Of a stretch of DNA of 64,000 nucleotides, positions 38,728 through 53,446 are shown one piece after another. The position numbers and the translations under genes were made by a program. How positions within the stretch are numbered: position 1 is the first letter of the stretch; every line of letters starts with the position of its first letter. Below the pieces are notes generated by a model. The model searched no databases. It was not told the DNA's origin and was given only the letters and a program-made list of their open reading frames with translations. Origin of the DNA: Podarcis vaucheri (Eukaryota); the NCBI GenBank assembly GCA_965113315.1, contig OZ220367.1; one strand, 5' to 3'.

Positions 38728-40066
38728 GTCTATGGTGTTTCTCATGATTATGCAAAAAGCTCTTGTGCAAAAAGATGAACAGTTTTGGATTTACTTTCAC
38801 TTTTATACTTTACGCCACTGATGTGGGCTATATAACAGCCCTTCTGAGTGGAAGAATCTTTCTGCAGATGGATGGGCACATTTGTATCCAATCCATAATC
38901 ATAAATAACACTTTCTGCCATGATACATGGAAAGTCACTGATAACTTGCTTCACACAAATCCTGCATTTCCTAATTGATCATTTAACTGTTTCTAACAGC
39001 AGGTTTGTACTGCAATAAATTAATTCTTACTACAGACAAGTCATATTGCAGCGACAGTTTGAAAAAGGCATCTTTGGTCTTTATAAATATTGTGGAGTAT
39101 TCATTTTAAAACATAAATACAAAAATATTGGCATCATGAAGAGTGTAAAAAGTAACAACGCCTAAATATTCCAGGCTGACCTGTAACCCTCCATTCTGAA
39201 GGTGCTTTAAGAAGACTGTGCTAAGGATATCCTGAGCCTATTTAAATAAGTCAGATGCACCAATTAAATACCTTCCTCTTGCTTGCATGTTTAGGATTAC
39301 TGTAAAAATCCTCAGTATAATTACCACTTACACAGTTAAGTCATCTAATCAATATAGGACTGGTCCTTTTGTTACCAAAGACATAAATCACCAGGTAATT
39401 CTGAATGTCCTAGAATGTTTATAGAGTGTGGCAGTTTAAGATAGATATTTCACTCCTTCATTGTTCCTCGTGAGTTTGTATAACCCCTTCCCGCCATTCA
39501 CAATTTAAGTTCACATTATTGAGAGTACTGGCATTCCCAAAATACTTTTAGAGTTGAATCTTGATGGCACCACACCTCAACAGTGGAAGTACTGTTGTCA
39601 TTTCCAACCAAGATATGGTTATTGCACACTAATTGCTTTCTTCTAACTGATTTACCTGTTAAGCAGATGGAAAATAAATTATTAGAATGTGTTGTTGTTT
39701 TTTCTACTGTTATCTAATATTATTATTAGTCACTAGTATTATTAATCACATATAATACCTAACATTTTCTAAGCGCTATACAGGGATTAAAAGAGAAGAC
39801 AGTATCTGCCTGAAGTCTCACAATCTTAGCAAGACACAAAAGGAAAGGGGCAAGAAAAGAAAAACAAGTAAATTACGGTACCAAATCTTGGATCTCAGCA
39901 ATATTATCTATATTGGTAGGTCTCCTGCCTTCAAGAGGTCATTACACACAGAATCCAGTAGCCCTGACAGATAACATGGCAGGGAGCAAAGCATGTTTCC
40001 CATTGGGTATGTTGTCCTAGAACAATTGGAGCAGTGTGACAAATTATAAATAACTCTGCTTCTATA

Positions 40067-40417
40067 AAAAGGTAAAGGGACCCCTGACCATTAGGTCCAG
40101 TCGTGGCCGACTCTGGGGTTGCGGTGCTCATCTCACTTTATTGGCCGAGGGAGCCGGTGTACAGCTTCTGGGTCATGTGGCCAGCATGACTAAGTCACTT
40201 CTGGCAAACCAGAGCAGCGAACGAAAACGCCATTTACCTTACCGCTGGAGCGATACCTATTTATCTACTTGCACTTTGACGTGCTTTCAAACTGCTAGGT
40301 TGGCAGGAGCAGGGACTGAGCAACGGGAGCTCACCCCGTCACGGGGATTCAAACCGCCAACCTTCTGATCGGCAAGTCCTAGGCTCTGTGGTTTAACCCA
40401 GAGCGCCACCCGCGTCC
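40067..40417 (-). mobile_element. Sauria SINE
   Basis: Full length; TSD ctctgcttctata at 40054-40066 and 40418-40430. Confidence 0.92.
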
Positions 40418-40562
40418 CTCTGCTTCTATAGGGCTACGTAAAGTGATTTTTAATTGTGTTTTTTACAAATGCCTTTGCAAAAAATAATATGCTAAATGCT
40501 CCAACAAAATTTCAATTGAATCTAACTATTTCAAGTGTTTCAGTTACATGAGCATTTAAATA

Positions 40563-40808
40563 CAGTTGTACCTTGGATCCCGAACACCTTGCAAGTCAAA
40601 CATTTCGGCTCCCGAGCGCCACAAACCCAAAAGTGTTTCAGTTTGAGACTGTTCTTTGGAATCCAAACATCTGGCACAGCTCACGCGGCTTCCGATTGGC
40701 TGCAGCAGCTTCGTGCTGCCAACCAAAAGCCATGCTTTGGTTTCCAAACGTTTTGGAAGTCGAACAGTCTTCTGGAATGGATTCCGTTTGACTTCCAAGG
40801 TACGACTG
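40563..40808. mobile_element. Tc1/mariner-pogo-type MITE, family D
   Basis: TIR cagttgtaccttgga ... tccaaggtacgactg; TA TSD. Confidence 0.8.
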
Positions 40809-41588
40809 TACTGAAAAAGTTACCTGACAAATTTTGCCACAGCTAATAGCTACATATGTCAAATAGAAATAATTTACTTATTCAATGCATGTTCTTTAAG
40901 AATTAGCAACTGTATATTTTACATCAACCAAATAATTTTTAAATATCTTCACAAAAATGTTCATTTCCTCTGAAATGACAAACTTTTATCTCATCTGAAT
41001 ACCTTGACTGAAGACTTTGAAATGTTCTATAGATTTAAAGAGTTTACATTAAATAACTGTAATCCCCAAATGCCACTGCTATTATGGAATCAGAATTACA
41101 TTTCTTTTTAAAGTGGCCATGGCAATTTTGCTGAAACTTATCCATGACAACCACTAAAACAGACAAAACTAAGACAACCATTTCCATAGTTTTATTTGCC
41201 ATATGTCTGTTGCTATAGGAAAACATTCCAGATGGCTTCCATAATGGTGGAATGAGAAATATGAAACCAGGAGCTCTTCCTGATACCACACATTAAATAG
41301 CCAATCAGTAACAGCACGACTAAGTAAAAGCAAGCAAGGAGAGGAGTGAATGAGATAACACAGAAACTCTGCTAAGAACATCATTTCCTATACACAAATA
41401 AAAAACAGATTACACCCAATGTTTGGAGAATTCTTTCTCATTAGACATTGAAAAAGATATTAAGTATGTACATTTGAAATATAAGGAGAAAGGGGGGGGG
41501 AATACTCTCGGATTTCAAATAAATTAGAGACTTCCTAGATTCTAATAGGGACAGAGGTTACTTCAGAATTTTTTTAAAAAAATCATTT

Positions 41589-41756
41589 TTACTCTGCCTT
41601 TTTGTTTTTAAGTATTTGGTAGGTAGGTGTCTGCAAATCATCAATGGTCTCCGCAATGGGTTTATTCACAGTTTCTGGTAGTAGAAGAGTAAGGAAGCCA
41701 GCTGACAATCCACTGATTCCAAAGACCACAAATGGTACAGATGGGCCAAGGGATTT
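41589..41756 (-). CDS. SLC22A15: SLC22A15-like exon 11 (KSLGPSVPF...LLLPETVNK...KNKKAE*)
   Basis: ttctag|AAA; LLLPET motif; in-frame TAA at 41591-41589. Splicing to a further exon just before the stop cannot be excluded. Confidence 0.85.
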   Translation of the reverse strand, partial: KSLGPSVPFVVFGISGLSAGFLTLLLPETVNKPIAETIDDLQTPTYQILKNKKAE

Positions 41757-41936
41757 CTAGAAGAAATTAGTAATAAATTCATAATTGATACACACACACA
41801 CTTACACAAGTTACTGAAGAACAAATACCAACAAATCTATTACCCACTCAGTTCATATGCATATTCCCAAGAAAGACGTTTGAAAAAATAAAATTGTATA
41901 TATACAGATCCCCATAGATTATACAGTAATTAATTA

Positions 41937-41980
<44 letters not shown>

Positions 41981-44900
41981 ATGACAGCTCACTTTAAGTC
42001 CTGTTATCAACGGGTTTTATCCAATGCTATTCCTACTCGAAGAGTAGACCTACTAAAATTTAGAGCTGTGGTTAAAATGGTTTCTTAATGTCAACTGATC
42101 TACAGTGTGTATAATTTAGTTGGATACAACTCAATACCTTTTTGACGTGCTAAAGTACTGTTGCTGAAGACATTTATATTCTACTTCTGCTGAAGAAAAT
42201 GGACTGTGCTAAAATATTTTTAGTCCATAGAAGGCAACCTACCATTTACTAGGAAAGTGCAAGAGTATGGTCACATCAGCTATGGCCATGGATAACTATA
42301 GCACATGTATCCCTGCTTCATTTAGTGTTAAATATCCTGTGTGTAATGCAATACAATGGAGGGAAGTAAAGTCGTATTACTTACCAGGGAAGGGACAAAT
42401 GGAGCCAAAATACCACCAAATCTACAAGTCATTGAACATACACCTAAGCCAGCATTTCTGTTTTAAAAAGAGAATTTGTGTTAAATATCTGCAAAATATT
42501 TGCCTGAGAAGAGAGGGTCACCACTGAAACCTTTAACTTTGTTAAACAGTTTGTGCATAACAAGATTGTTGTGCTGAAATAATCATGTAATCTTTACCCC
42601 ATCCAAAAAATTTACAATGTATTACAATACTGGATATCTTGTTATATTAGTTTCCATACAATTGACTTCCTAATCATCATACTGTGTAACCTGGAAGAAA
42701 GCAAGGTGAATTTTGGAAAATGGCATCTTACCACTAGGTGGTGATAAAACACCATTTTTGAATTTCTCCATAGTTTGTAAAGCATATTTTTACTAAATGA
42801 TACTGTTAGATGTTTGGGGTGGGACCAACCTAAAAGATAACGGTACCCCTGCCCGTATGGGCCAGTCATATCCGACTCTAGGGTTGTGCGCCCATTTCAC
42901 TTAAGAGGCCGGGGGCCAGCGCTGTCCGGAGACACTTCCGGGTCATGTGGCCAGCGTGACGAAGCTGCTCTGGCGAGCCAGCACCAGCACAGCACACGGA
43001 AACGCCGTTTACCTTCCCGCTATAAAGCGGTATCTATTTATCTACTTGCACCTAAGGGTGCTTTCGAACTGCTAGGTGGGCAGGAGCTGGGACTGAAAGA
43101 CGGGAGCTCACCCCGCCGTGGGGATTCGAACCGCCGACCATACAATCGGCGCCATTTTGATTATTGGGGGTATGAATGAAAATAACAAGCTGCAGAACTG
43201 TGCCAGACAAGGAATCCCTGGGTTGGCTTATGCCAGGGGTTGGCAAGGTTTACCTTGCCTGAGCTGGTTCACTCCAGCAGAGATCCCTCTGTGGGCCGGA
43301 TCTCGCACGGCTGCGATTTCTGGCGCCCGCGTGGGGACTCACCGAGCAGGTGGCTTGGTTCGGGGGGGGGGGCGGCGGCTCATGGGCCAGTTAAAGAACC
43401 CCCGTGGGCCACTTGTGGCCCACTGGCTTTAGGCTGCTGATCCCTGGCTTATGCAAACCAGCCTGTCCCTGCTAGTGAAGAACAAATCCATTAACATGAC
43501 AAAAGGTGTTGATAGCCCATCTAAGAGGAATCCTTGGTCCTGGGCAGACAGAGATTGCTAAAGTATACTGGAAAGAGGAAGGGAGAGAACAAGGACAGAG
43601 ATCCGCCTTGGTCAAGCAGGCTAAAGGGAGGCTGGGAGAGATGTCTTGGATTCCAGGGCTGCACTGTTGTGGGGAACAAGTCCCTCTTGAGATGACAATG
43701 CTATAAGATCTGGACTCCCTCCATCCAAACTCAGGTGTAAATACATGAATAAATCATACGTCTTAAAGCTCTGACAACCTCCACCACATCTTCAATTCTC
43801 TAAAGGAGCACAGACCCTGGAATCCCAGGCATGCCTTGGCAGGGACTGGGGTGGCCGGTAACAATACAAATGTTTAAGCAGAGAAGTGTATTCAAGCATG
43901 CAATACAGTGGTACCTCGGGTTAAGTACTTAATTCGTTCCGGAGGTCCGTACTTAACCTGAAACTGTTCTTAACCTGAAGCACCACTTTAGATAATGGGG
44001 CCTCCCGCTGCCGCCGCGCTGCCAGAGCACAATTTCTGTTCTCATCCTGAAGCAAAGTTCTTAACCCGGGGTACTATTTCTGGGTTAGTGGAGTCTGTAA
44101 CCTGAAGCGTATGTAACCCGAGGTACCACTGTATTGTTTCAAATGCAATTAGCTGATCACATATGGGATCCTCTTCCTTAAAAAGCAGTATATATGAATC
44201 ATTTTGTCCCAGAAAGACTTGAAATGTGGAGAAATCTCCATGATTTAAAACATTCAAGCATCTAAACATGTAACTCAGGAACAGCAATGCTAATGCTGGC
44301 ACACCTGTAGCTTGTAAGCTGAATGCACTTGCCAATGAGGTTTCATTTCTATGCATATTATTGCTCTTGGTATATGAGAATCGTATGGGATTTGAAGCTA
44401 ACTTTAAAAAAAAAAATACAAAAAGAAAATTGTTTACCTCACTACTGTTGGGTAGAGTTCTGAAGTGTAAATATATACGATGTTGAAAGCAGCACTTACA
44501 GTCAATTTCCCATATAAAGCTAAGATGCTGGGACTGAATAAAAATCCTAAAACAGAGTTTGAAAGAAATGTGTTACCATTATCAGCTCCACCTTCCCCCA
44601 TTAAGTAAAATGACACACAAAGGCAAAGTTCTGATTTGGCCACATTTGGAGACGATTCCACTGAAAACAAGGAAATTGTTTCAAGGACATTTGTATTTAA
44701 GTTCAAGTGGCAGCTTCTAGCTTGTGTCAGAAGTTCTCTTCTACAAAAGTTCTTTGGCATTAAAACACTACATGCACTTGCTTTCATGCCTTTTGATGAG
44801 ATGAATTATGTGTGTGTAATGTTTACTTAGAAAAGGACATATACTCACCAGCTCTATTTTCTGGTAGGAACATAGTGAATATACAGGCAAGGCCTGAAAA

Positions 44901-47900
44901 TATCAAAAAAGCAGTTGTACTTTTACGTCTTCCTGACCTAAAGAGAAAATGCAGAAGAAGCTCAGGCTGAAATCTCTGCAAAAATGTATTTTACAATTTG
45001 ATTATTTGAAATGATATTATATTTTCTATTAAGGGCCAACTATACAAGTAAAGGAAAGCCAAAGATGCCAAAGGGCGGAAATAAATAAATAAATCTTACC
45101 ATGATTTTTCAATGAAGAACATGCAGAGTGGAAATGCTGGAACTTCTACCAGGCCAGAAAGAGCCACATTTAGATATAGGTTTCCTCCCCATTCTCCAGC
45201 GTTCAGCGTTAAGCCGTAATAGACAAGGCTGCACACATACCTAAATGTATCAATTAAAGGTTGATCAGCTAATGCAGATCCTCAAAGGTCAGTGATGTAT
45301 GCAACAGTAACCTTTATCTTTGTACCATATAAAGAATATGTACACAACAGAAGAAAGAATACAACAGTGCTACATGTACAAGTTATAACAGCAAGGACCA
45401 AAACAGAACTCCACCTGAGATTTTGCTAGTTGTCTGATTACGTTATTTTATGTTATTTTACCATTTGTGGTGCAATTCCTGTTCAGGTTCATTTCAAATA
45501 CACCAATAAGGTAATTGTGCCATAAACAACAAATTTAGACAATTGGATTAAGATTCTGTTGAAACCATCAAAACCTCAATCACACCAATCTTCATTTCAA
45601 CTAGATACAGAAAGATCAAAATCAAATTAGAATACAGGCAGCTCAACTTCTTTTCTTTTTCAATCCCTAAAAGAACCAGAGAAAGAAAATTTCTCTGCAT
45701 GTCCACTGCAAGTGATTATTTTGCACCTGGTTCTGACTGCAACATCCAGTATAATCTTTAGTACAAAAGACTTTAGGGAGACCCCAAACCTACAGTCATA
45801 AAACAAAGCCAACTCATATGAAACAGTCCATCAAGAAATAATGAATACCATTAAAAAATAAATTTGATACCCTTAAAAAATAAATTTGCTTTTTTTTAAA
45901 AATGGACCTTGTGCTCTTAAATCCCCCTAGACACACATTCATACACACTTCTAAATGGAATTCATAATAATAGTTCTGTTATTATACTTCTCATAATGAT
46001 TATCTCTTTAAGCATTATACCACAGAAGGTATGAAACTTAGAAAAAGAAAGAAACAAAAACTTCAACTCTGCTCTGGGGGCAGAAGAGGCAGAATCAAAA
46101 AAATAATGCCTCGTGACTCAGAAAAACTCATAGCTCTTTCCAAATATTTATCTACTTTTGGAAATGTCAGGTAATTTTGAAGTTGTTCCAATGAGGCATC
46201 AGCAGAATAACATTTTTCCAAACAGCCCAAAGTTTGCTATTTTTTGTGTGCAACTAATTCATGTACTCTGAGAAGCTCTTTTTATTAATTACCAAATATA
46301 CATCAAGATGACAGTGCGCCACCGAAGAACTGGATGCTTAATGAGGCTTCGGACACCAGAAGCTGAATCATCCTTTTTTACTGCTCCTGTGCATTGCTTC
46401 AGTTTCACAGACAGTCTTTCTTTCCCATTACCAAGGGCTATGTATTGTAGCACATTCTCTGCTTCTGTTGTCTTCCCTTGGGAGTATAACCATCTTGGTG
46501 ATTCTGGAAGCATGCTGTAAAGAGAAACATTCAAATCGAGATGCCATGGATAATTATTTTGGGTTTTTTTTTAATCTGTATATTAACACAACTGTCTTTT
46601 CATTAGATCACCATATATTACTAGCCTTTCAAAGCTTGACAAAATCTATTAGAAAGCAGGTAAAGCAGGTAAAAATACTTAGTGTATGCTAGCGATCTGC
46701 AGTCTTTTAAAATTATGAATCTGCAAACCACTGTGAGATTAGCCAAATTTATCAAAATATTTTAACCATCCTGGTACAGAATGACAACAAACAAGATTAC
46801 CGTAGTTTTCGCCCTATAGGACGCACTTTTTCCCCTCCAAAAATGAAGCGGAAATGTGTGTGCGTCCTATGGGGCGAATACAGGCTTTCGCTGAAGCCTG
46901 GAGAGCGAGAGGGGTCGGAGCCAGTGTGGTGCAGTGGTTAAGAGTGGTAGTCACGTAATCTGGGAAACCGGGTTCGTGTTTCCGCTCCTCCACATGCAGC
47001 TGCTGGGTGACCTTGGGCCAGTTACACTTCTGTGAAGTCTCTCAGCCCCACTCACCTCACAGAGTGTTTGTTGTGGGGAAGGAAGGGAAAGGAGAATGTT
47101 AGCCACTTTGAGACTCCTGAAGGGGAGTGAAAGGCGGGATATCAAATCCAAACTCTTCTTCTTCTTCTTCTTCTTCTTCTTCTCTGGCTCCCAAATTAGC
47201 AAAGCCACAACCCCACATTATTTATATATCCACCCATTATGGTCATATTCCATAGACATAAATTATTTTCATGAATATGTAAAAGTACAAAAACTGTTCA
47301 ATCATTTAATTCTAATAAAGCTATACTGCATGTGCAAACACTGCCCACCTTGACTTCCATGCATACAAAGGGGTGTTTGTGAGAATTACAACCAACTGGA
47401 TTTTTCTTCTGATTACACTGTTCCATAAGCAATATGTAAGCATTTGATTACGGACAGCAAAACAAAAATCCCCCAAGTTCCTCTAAGTTATTTTACTTAG
47501 AACACAAGTCATTTCAAAATTCTACCTTTACTAGTCTGCTCTCAAGTAATAATACTTTATTTCTGGTTTGCAAGTTACAAAACATACACAAAACATTACT
47601 TACAAAGAGAGGAGGAGAAAGAAAAGTCCTGGAGAATTGGATACGAAGGCAAGTAAACGCCACTCTCTTATGTAATAACCCAATAATGCATAAATTGCTA
47701 TGCCAACCGCAAATGTCAAATTTGTTAATGAGCCTGAAAATAGAAAAAAAGCAAGAGGTTTCATTAACTATGGCTATAACTCTCTCCACACAGAAAGTAT
47801 AAATATAGGGTGACCCAAAAGTAGGTATACAGTTGAATCAATGAAATTCATCCCAACGGATTTTATGGGTACACATAACTGAGATACAACAAAGTGGCAG

Positions 47901-50900
47901 TTTAATTTCAGGCTGGCAGTTGGAAAGAATAGTGGAGTCAGATAAAAGGATTATTGTGAATGATAACAGCGAATTTGAGTCAAGAACAAAGAAAGTGGAT
48001 ACTAAAGCAGTATACCTCCTTTTGGGCCACCCTGTTGCTATAAGAATTTAAGGTCTCACATATATAAATTAAATGTTCATAAATTCACAAGGCAAACACA
48101 TACATAAGTATATAAAGCACATGTCTGAAATAGTACAGGAGAGCAATCCTGAAACCATTTTGACTCTCCCAAATTGACCTCAAATGTTTCTCTGCAAGGA
48201 GGAAGGAAATGGGAAAGCCTCTCCATTGTCTTCTGCTTACCTGTCTTTAGGGCATCTTTGTGTATTAATAGGGTGAGCCTATTAGTTCAGGAATTAAAGT
48301 ATTTACCATCACAAAAGAATGGTCCGGCTGCCCAAGTAAGCAAACAATCGCTGGCCATTGTTAAGTATCCTGCCAGACAGGATTTCTGTTGTAGACTGTC
48401 TCCTTCTGTGATGTATGTATGATGTTTTTTGGGGTGGTCTTGAGCTACAGGGTGGGCAATTTCAAAAGTCTATATAAGGGCTTGCACACCATTGTTCTGG
48501 GTTCCTCCTCCCTCCTGCATGTGGTGAGTGAGCACCCTGTTGCAACATTTTAAGAAAGATCAGGCTTACTAGCTGCTTTGCTTCTCAATATTCTCTGGTT
48601 GGCCTCTGTTATTTTCTCCTACCAATAGGGAACCCACTTAAGGACTCTGTGCGGGCTCTTAGATGCCCCATAACGGAAAAGGAGCAGATTTTTTCTACAT
48701 GACTGTATAGTATGACCATAATTCATAAATCCTTACTCATGAGAAGTCCAACACTGTTTAGTTACTTTATGCATGTTTGAGCCTGTAAGCTAAAAGACCT
48801 GAAACACCTTTATGGACTTTGCCAATTGGAAACCAACTCAAACATTTAGGAAATAAAATTTAGTATTTGAATCAAGTACAATAAAACTATCTTAACTACA
48901 TACTCTAACCTTCTTGAATCTTAGGCAAGCTAGCAAGCCACAGCAAACTTACTTTAAGAAATTAGATCCCAATTGTTTAAGAATACTTTTTGAAATTCAA
49001 GGATCTAAAGTGAGTAAAATGAAAAACAAACAGCAGACATGAACTGAAAAAAGATGAAGAGGAGAAGAGTTTGGATTTGATATCCCGCTTTATCACTACC
49101 CGAAGGAGTCTCAAAGCGGCTAATATTCTCCTTTCCCTTCCTCTCCCACAACAAACACTCTGTAAGGTGAGTGGGGCTGAGAGACTTCAGAGAAGTGACT
49201 AGCCCAAGGTCACCCAGCAGCTGCATGTGGAGGAGCGGGGAAGCGAACCCCGTTCACCAGATTATGAGTCCATTGCTCCTAACCACTATACCACACTGGC
49301 AAGAAAATGTTGTAATTGATGTATCTCAGCATAATCTAAAATATAATCCAGAATAGAGATGGGCACTACATAAATTATGTAGGCAATGGGCCGAAAGCCA
49401 TTTTCAAAAGTATTAACATTTCAAACTGAACTATTTATTTATTTACTTATTTGGGAGGGGGAAGGGAGAATCCCACCAATTTCAATACACTTTACTCGAA
49501 GACTGCAACCTTATGCACCCTTACATTAAACACCTCTAAAGACAGTGGAACCTTGTTCCAAGTAAACATCCTTAAGATTGTGCAGCAAGTCGCAACATTA
49601 CTATGACTGCAACCTTAATTTATATGCTACTTGGACTTTCAGAATTTTCTTAACGATCTGTCAGTCAAGGGAATTATGGATTAACAAAAAGCTTGGCGAT
49701 CTATTTTGTGTATTATTAATTGCACTAGTTACCAATAAGATCAGTTCACAACTGCAGTTCAAAACCTGTAGCTTACAGAGTCTCAGATGCTGCTGTCATG
49801 ACAACACACACATCATCAACACTGTTGTGAAAGGCAATGGTCAACAGCAGGGAGGTGTGAAGTGGGAAGCATTCTCTACACATGTACGCTTGCTGCACCA
49901 TTCAGAATTCTGATCCTGAAGGGTTTATAATGACATGGGGAGGCCTAAACATGTAGAGCAAGCTCCCGTCTTCAGACTCCTGCTGAAGTTGATGCCGGGT
50001 GGAAATGAGGATGTAACAGCAGGCTTGGGGCAAGTGAATGGTGTTTCCTCCATGTGATGGTAATGGGACAAGGACAGAATGCCTATAGGGGCTGGAGGGT
50101 TTGGGCAAATTTCACTGGAAAGAGAAATACACAGAGAAAAGCACTGAAGTCTAGCTGCTGTGTTGGATCTATGAAAGCCCATTCTTCGCAAAGGACAAGT
50201 TATCATTTGTCCTCAGTGATAAACTAGCCTTCTGACATACGGTTAGTTCAGTGGTGCTAAACAAGAGTGTTTGGATTATGATCCTGCCTGAGGACAGCAT
50301 TTTAAAATAATTCTATGCAGTGCCTAACTGTCACAGGCAGGACAACATTCAAGAAAGAAAATGAAAAGGTCATAAAGGCTTCCCTGACTGCTCTAAGGTT
50401 CCTGCTGAAAACCAAAATGGGGGTGTGAGGAACTCTCCCCCAAGACACAAATTTAACGTCATGTGTGGTTTAAGGGGCAGGAAAGTCTCATTCAAACACT
50501 AAGAATCATTACTTGAAGAAGGAGGACTGGGTGGAGGGAGAGAAAAGAAAAAGAAACCCACAGCAGAAATTTATGGGGGGTGGAGTGGAAATGTGCTTCT
50601 GCCAGTGCTTAAGTTTTTGAGCAATAGAATTAGGAGTATTGAAAGCAAAGAAGCAAAATATCTATCGTAAAGAAAAAAGGTCTGTCATAAAAAACAATTA
50701 TTGACTGAACAAATTCAGTGTTGTATCCACCTAAATAGATGCACTGAAATTAATGAATCTAAGCTAGTCATAGCCATTATTTCCAATGGGTTTACTCTGA
50801 GTAGGACACAACTGGCAGAAAGCCCCAAACACAAAGTCTTAAAATTTTACAGTTTTTAGTAACTGGTTCTACAGAATCACAGAATCAAATTCCCATCAGA

Positions 50901-50913
50901 AATAAAGACCTAC

Positions 50914-50949
<36 letters not shown>

Positions 50950-53410
50950 CCAGAATTTTAGGAACTGCATTTTTTTTTTTTTAGCAGACTGAATCAAATT
51001 CTCATCTCTTACCTGTCAGTGCCCAAAAGGATTTTCCTACATATTCTTGTGTCAAAACAAAAGACACTAGAGACATACCACCATTTGTAATTCCAACGAA
51101 AAAGCGCGACATTGCAAAAATGTCATAGTTTGGAGCAAATGCTGAAACATACCCAAAAATGACATCTAAGAAAAGACCTGCACAAAACATATAATGGGTA
51201 AAAGAAATATTAGTTTTGTGGTGCAATCCTACATATGTCTACTAAGAAGTAAGTCCCATTGAGTATGTATAGGATTGCAGTTTTCAATGAAGAAAAAATA
51301 AGGTGAAAGGAGAACTAATAAGTTCCCCCTCACCTTAGGTGAAAACTTAGCTCCATTGAAATAGATCATACCGTATCTTCTAGTATCTTAAAACATCAAG
51401 AGACAAATTATGCATACACACATAAGTTGACAGTACCCCAAATTAAGATTTATTGTTTAGAAATAATCAAATATGCTATATTTATAAGAGGTTGTAGCTA
51501 CCACTTAACACCAAAGTCTTCCTACTAAGTTATTTTCGTATGGACATAAATGTATGTTACTTGCAAATGTGTTAGCAATATCTAAAATGTCAAAGGTGTC
51601 CAAATGGAAATCTGCGGATGCTCCTTCTACAAGACAACACTGCAATCCTGTGCATGTTTACTTGGAGCAGAGGGTTGCCAATCTGGCACCTGACTGAGCA
51701 TTCATTAAAAAAATAGAAGTTTCTAGCCCTCATTCCCCCTGAAAGAAAATTAGGAAGCCTGGCTGCTCCTTCCTGTGAAATCAGAGTTGTGATTGATGAG
51801 TGAGTTGTTTGGATACCAGGCAGCAGGAATCCCATGTGTCCCACAGAGCTATACTTTCCCTTTAATGCACTTTGCCTGTTTCTTATTTTCTAGTCCTTAG
51901 AACCACACACTTGCTGCTCTATTTTTCTATTTGTTTGTTTTGCTGCCTCACAACTATGTGAAGCATTCAACAGGCAGCTACTTCAGAGGCTTTCAAATCT
52001 GTGCTGAAGTAGAGGAAGTGTGGAAATCACCTGCCACTTGTTTTGATGCCTGTTGGTCCCATGGATCAGGCAGCTGCAGGAGAGGGGCCTCAGCTGAATA
52101 TTGGGAGACAGGATACGGCAACCCTTTATTTTTCTGTTCCATAGTTATTGTTGGGAGGGTTTCCTCACAAGCTGGAGGCACAGCAGAACTTTGCTGAGGC
52201 TCTTCAACCTCCTGTTTAACAGCTGATGTACCGGAAAGCAGCAGCTACTGAGGCTTGAGGCTGCTCAGCTGATGCATGGGGAAACATCCCCGCACATCAG
52301 CTGAGTAAGTCCCACTTCCCCTCCATTTCACATGAGCTGGAGCAGCAGCAGGGCTTTCTTGAGCTGCTCAGCTGATGTTTTATGTTTCCATCTCATTTTT
52401 ATTTCTATACTTTTGGAGCTGGCAGTCATTTTGTGAGTGGTGCCCTTGGCAGCTTCTGGAAATTCCAAGTGTGCTCCAGACCCAAAAAAGCTGGCGACTG
52501 CTGGCTTAGAGGTTAAGCCCCATAGCATCCAATGGGGATTTCTCCCTAGTTAAGCGCATTTAGCATTACAGTGTAATTTTATTTTGTAATTTCATAATTT
52601 TGTGTACTGATTCTGAAACAATTCTGAAATATACAGTGGTGCCCCGCAAGACAAATGCCTCGCAAGACGAAAAACCCGCTAGACGAAAGGGTTTTCCGAT
52701 GTGCTTCACAAGACGAATTTCCCTATGGGCTTGCTTCGCAAAACGAAAAAGTCTTGTGAGTCTTGCGATTTCCCCCCCTTTTTCTAATCCGCTAATAGCC
52801 TTTTAGCCGCTAAGCCTTTAATAGCCGCTAAGCCTTTAATAGCCGCTAAACCGCTAATAGCGCTAATCCGCTAATAGGGTTGCTTCGCAAGACAAAAAAA
52901 CTGCTAGACGAAGAGACTCGCGGAACGGATTAATTTCGTCTTGCGAGGCACCACGGTAATGTGTGTGTGCATAAATGTATACACACACAAATAAGGCACT
53001 CACACACCATCAGTATGAATCACTTAAATCTAAAAAAAAACACCACCTAGTTGATATTAACTCGCAAATTTGAAACAACCAAAAGACTGTGCCAGATACA
53101 CAGTTTTCCATATCATCTTACCTGTTAGATACACAGGCTTCCTGCCCAGTTTATCTGACAGTTGACCAAACAATATATTTCCAATAAGCAACCCAGCAAA
53201 GTACAAGGATGCTGCCAGGCTCACCTTATATGCTTCATGTCTGATTAAATACCACTGTTAAAAACAAAAAAGGACTCTTTTCAGTTAAAACATAGTAACA
53301 AACCAGTGATAAATTATCTAATCTCAACAGGCCCACTAGTCAGAAACTAGTTGCTGCTATTTCCAATGTAGCCAGGAGATTGGTTAAGAAGTGACTGCTG
53401 AATCCTTTCT

Positions 53411-53446
<36 letters not shown>

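Noticed and set aside
1-41500. MAB21L3 or another protein-coding gene downstream of the transporter
   Set aside because: No translated segment resembled MAB21L3 or any host protein I recognise. The short ORFs are TE-derived or look random.
52790-52880. CRISPR-like or telomere-like short repeat array (AGCCGCTAA units)
   Set aside because: There are no unique spacers, the DNA is eukaryotic, and the array lies inside a TIR-bounded MITE.
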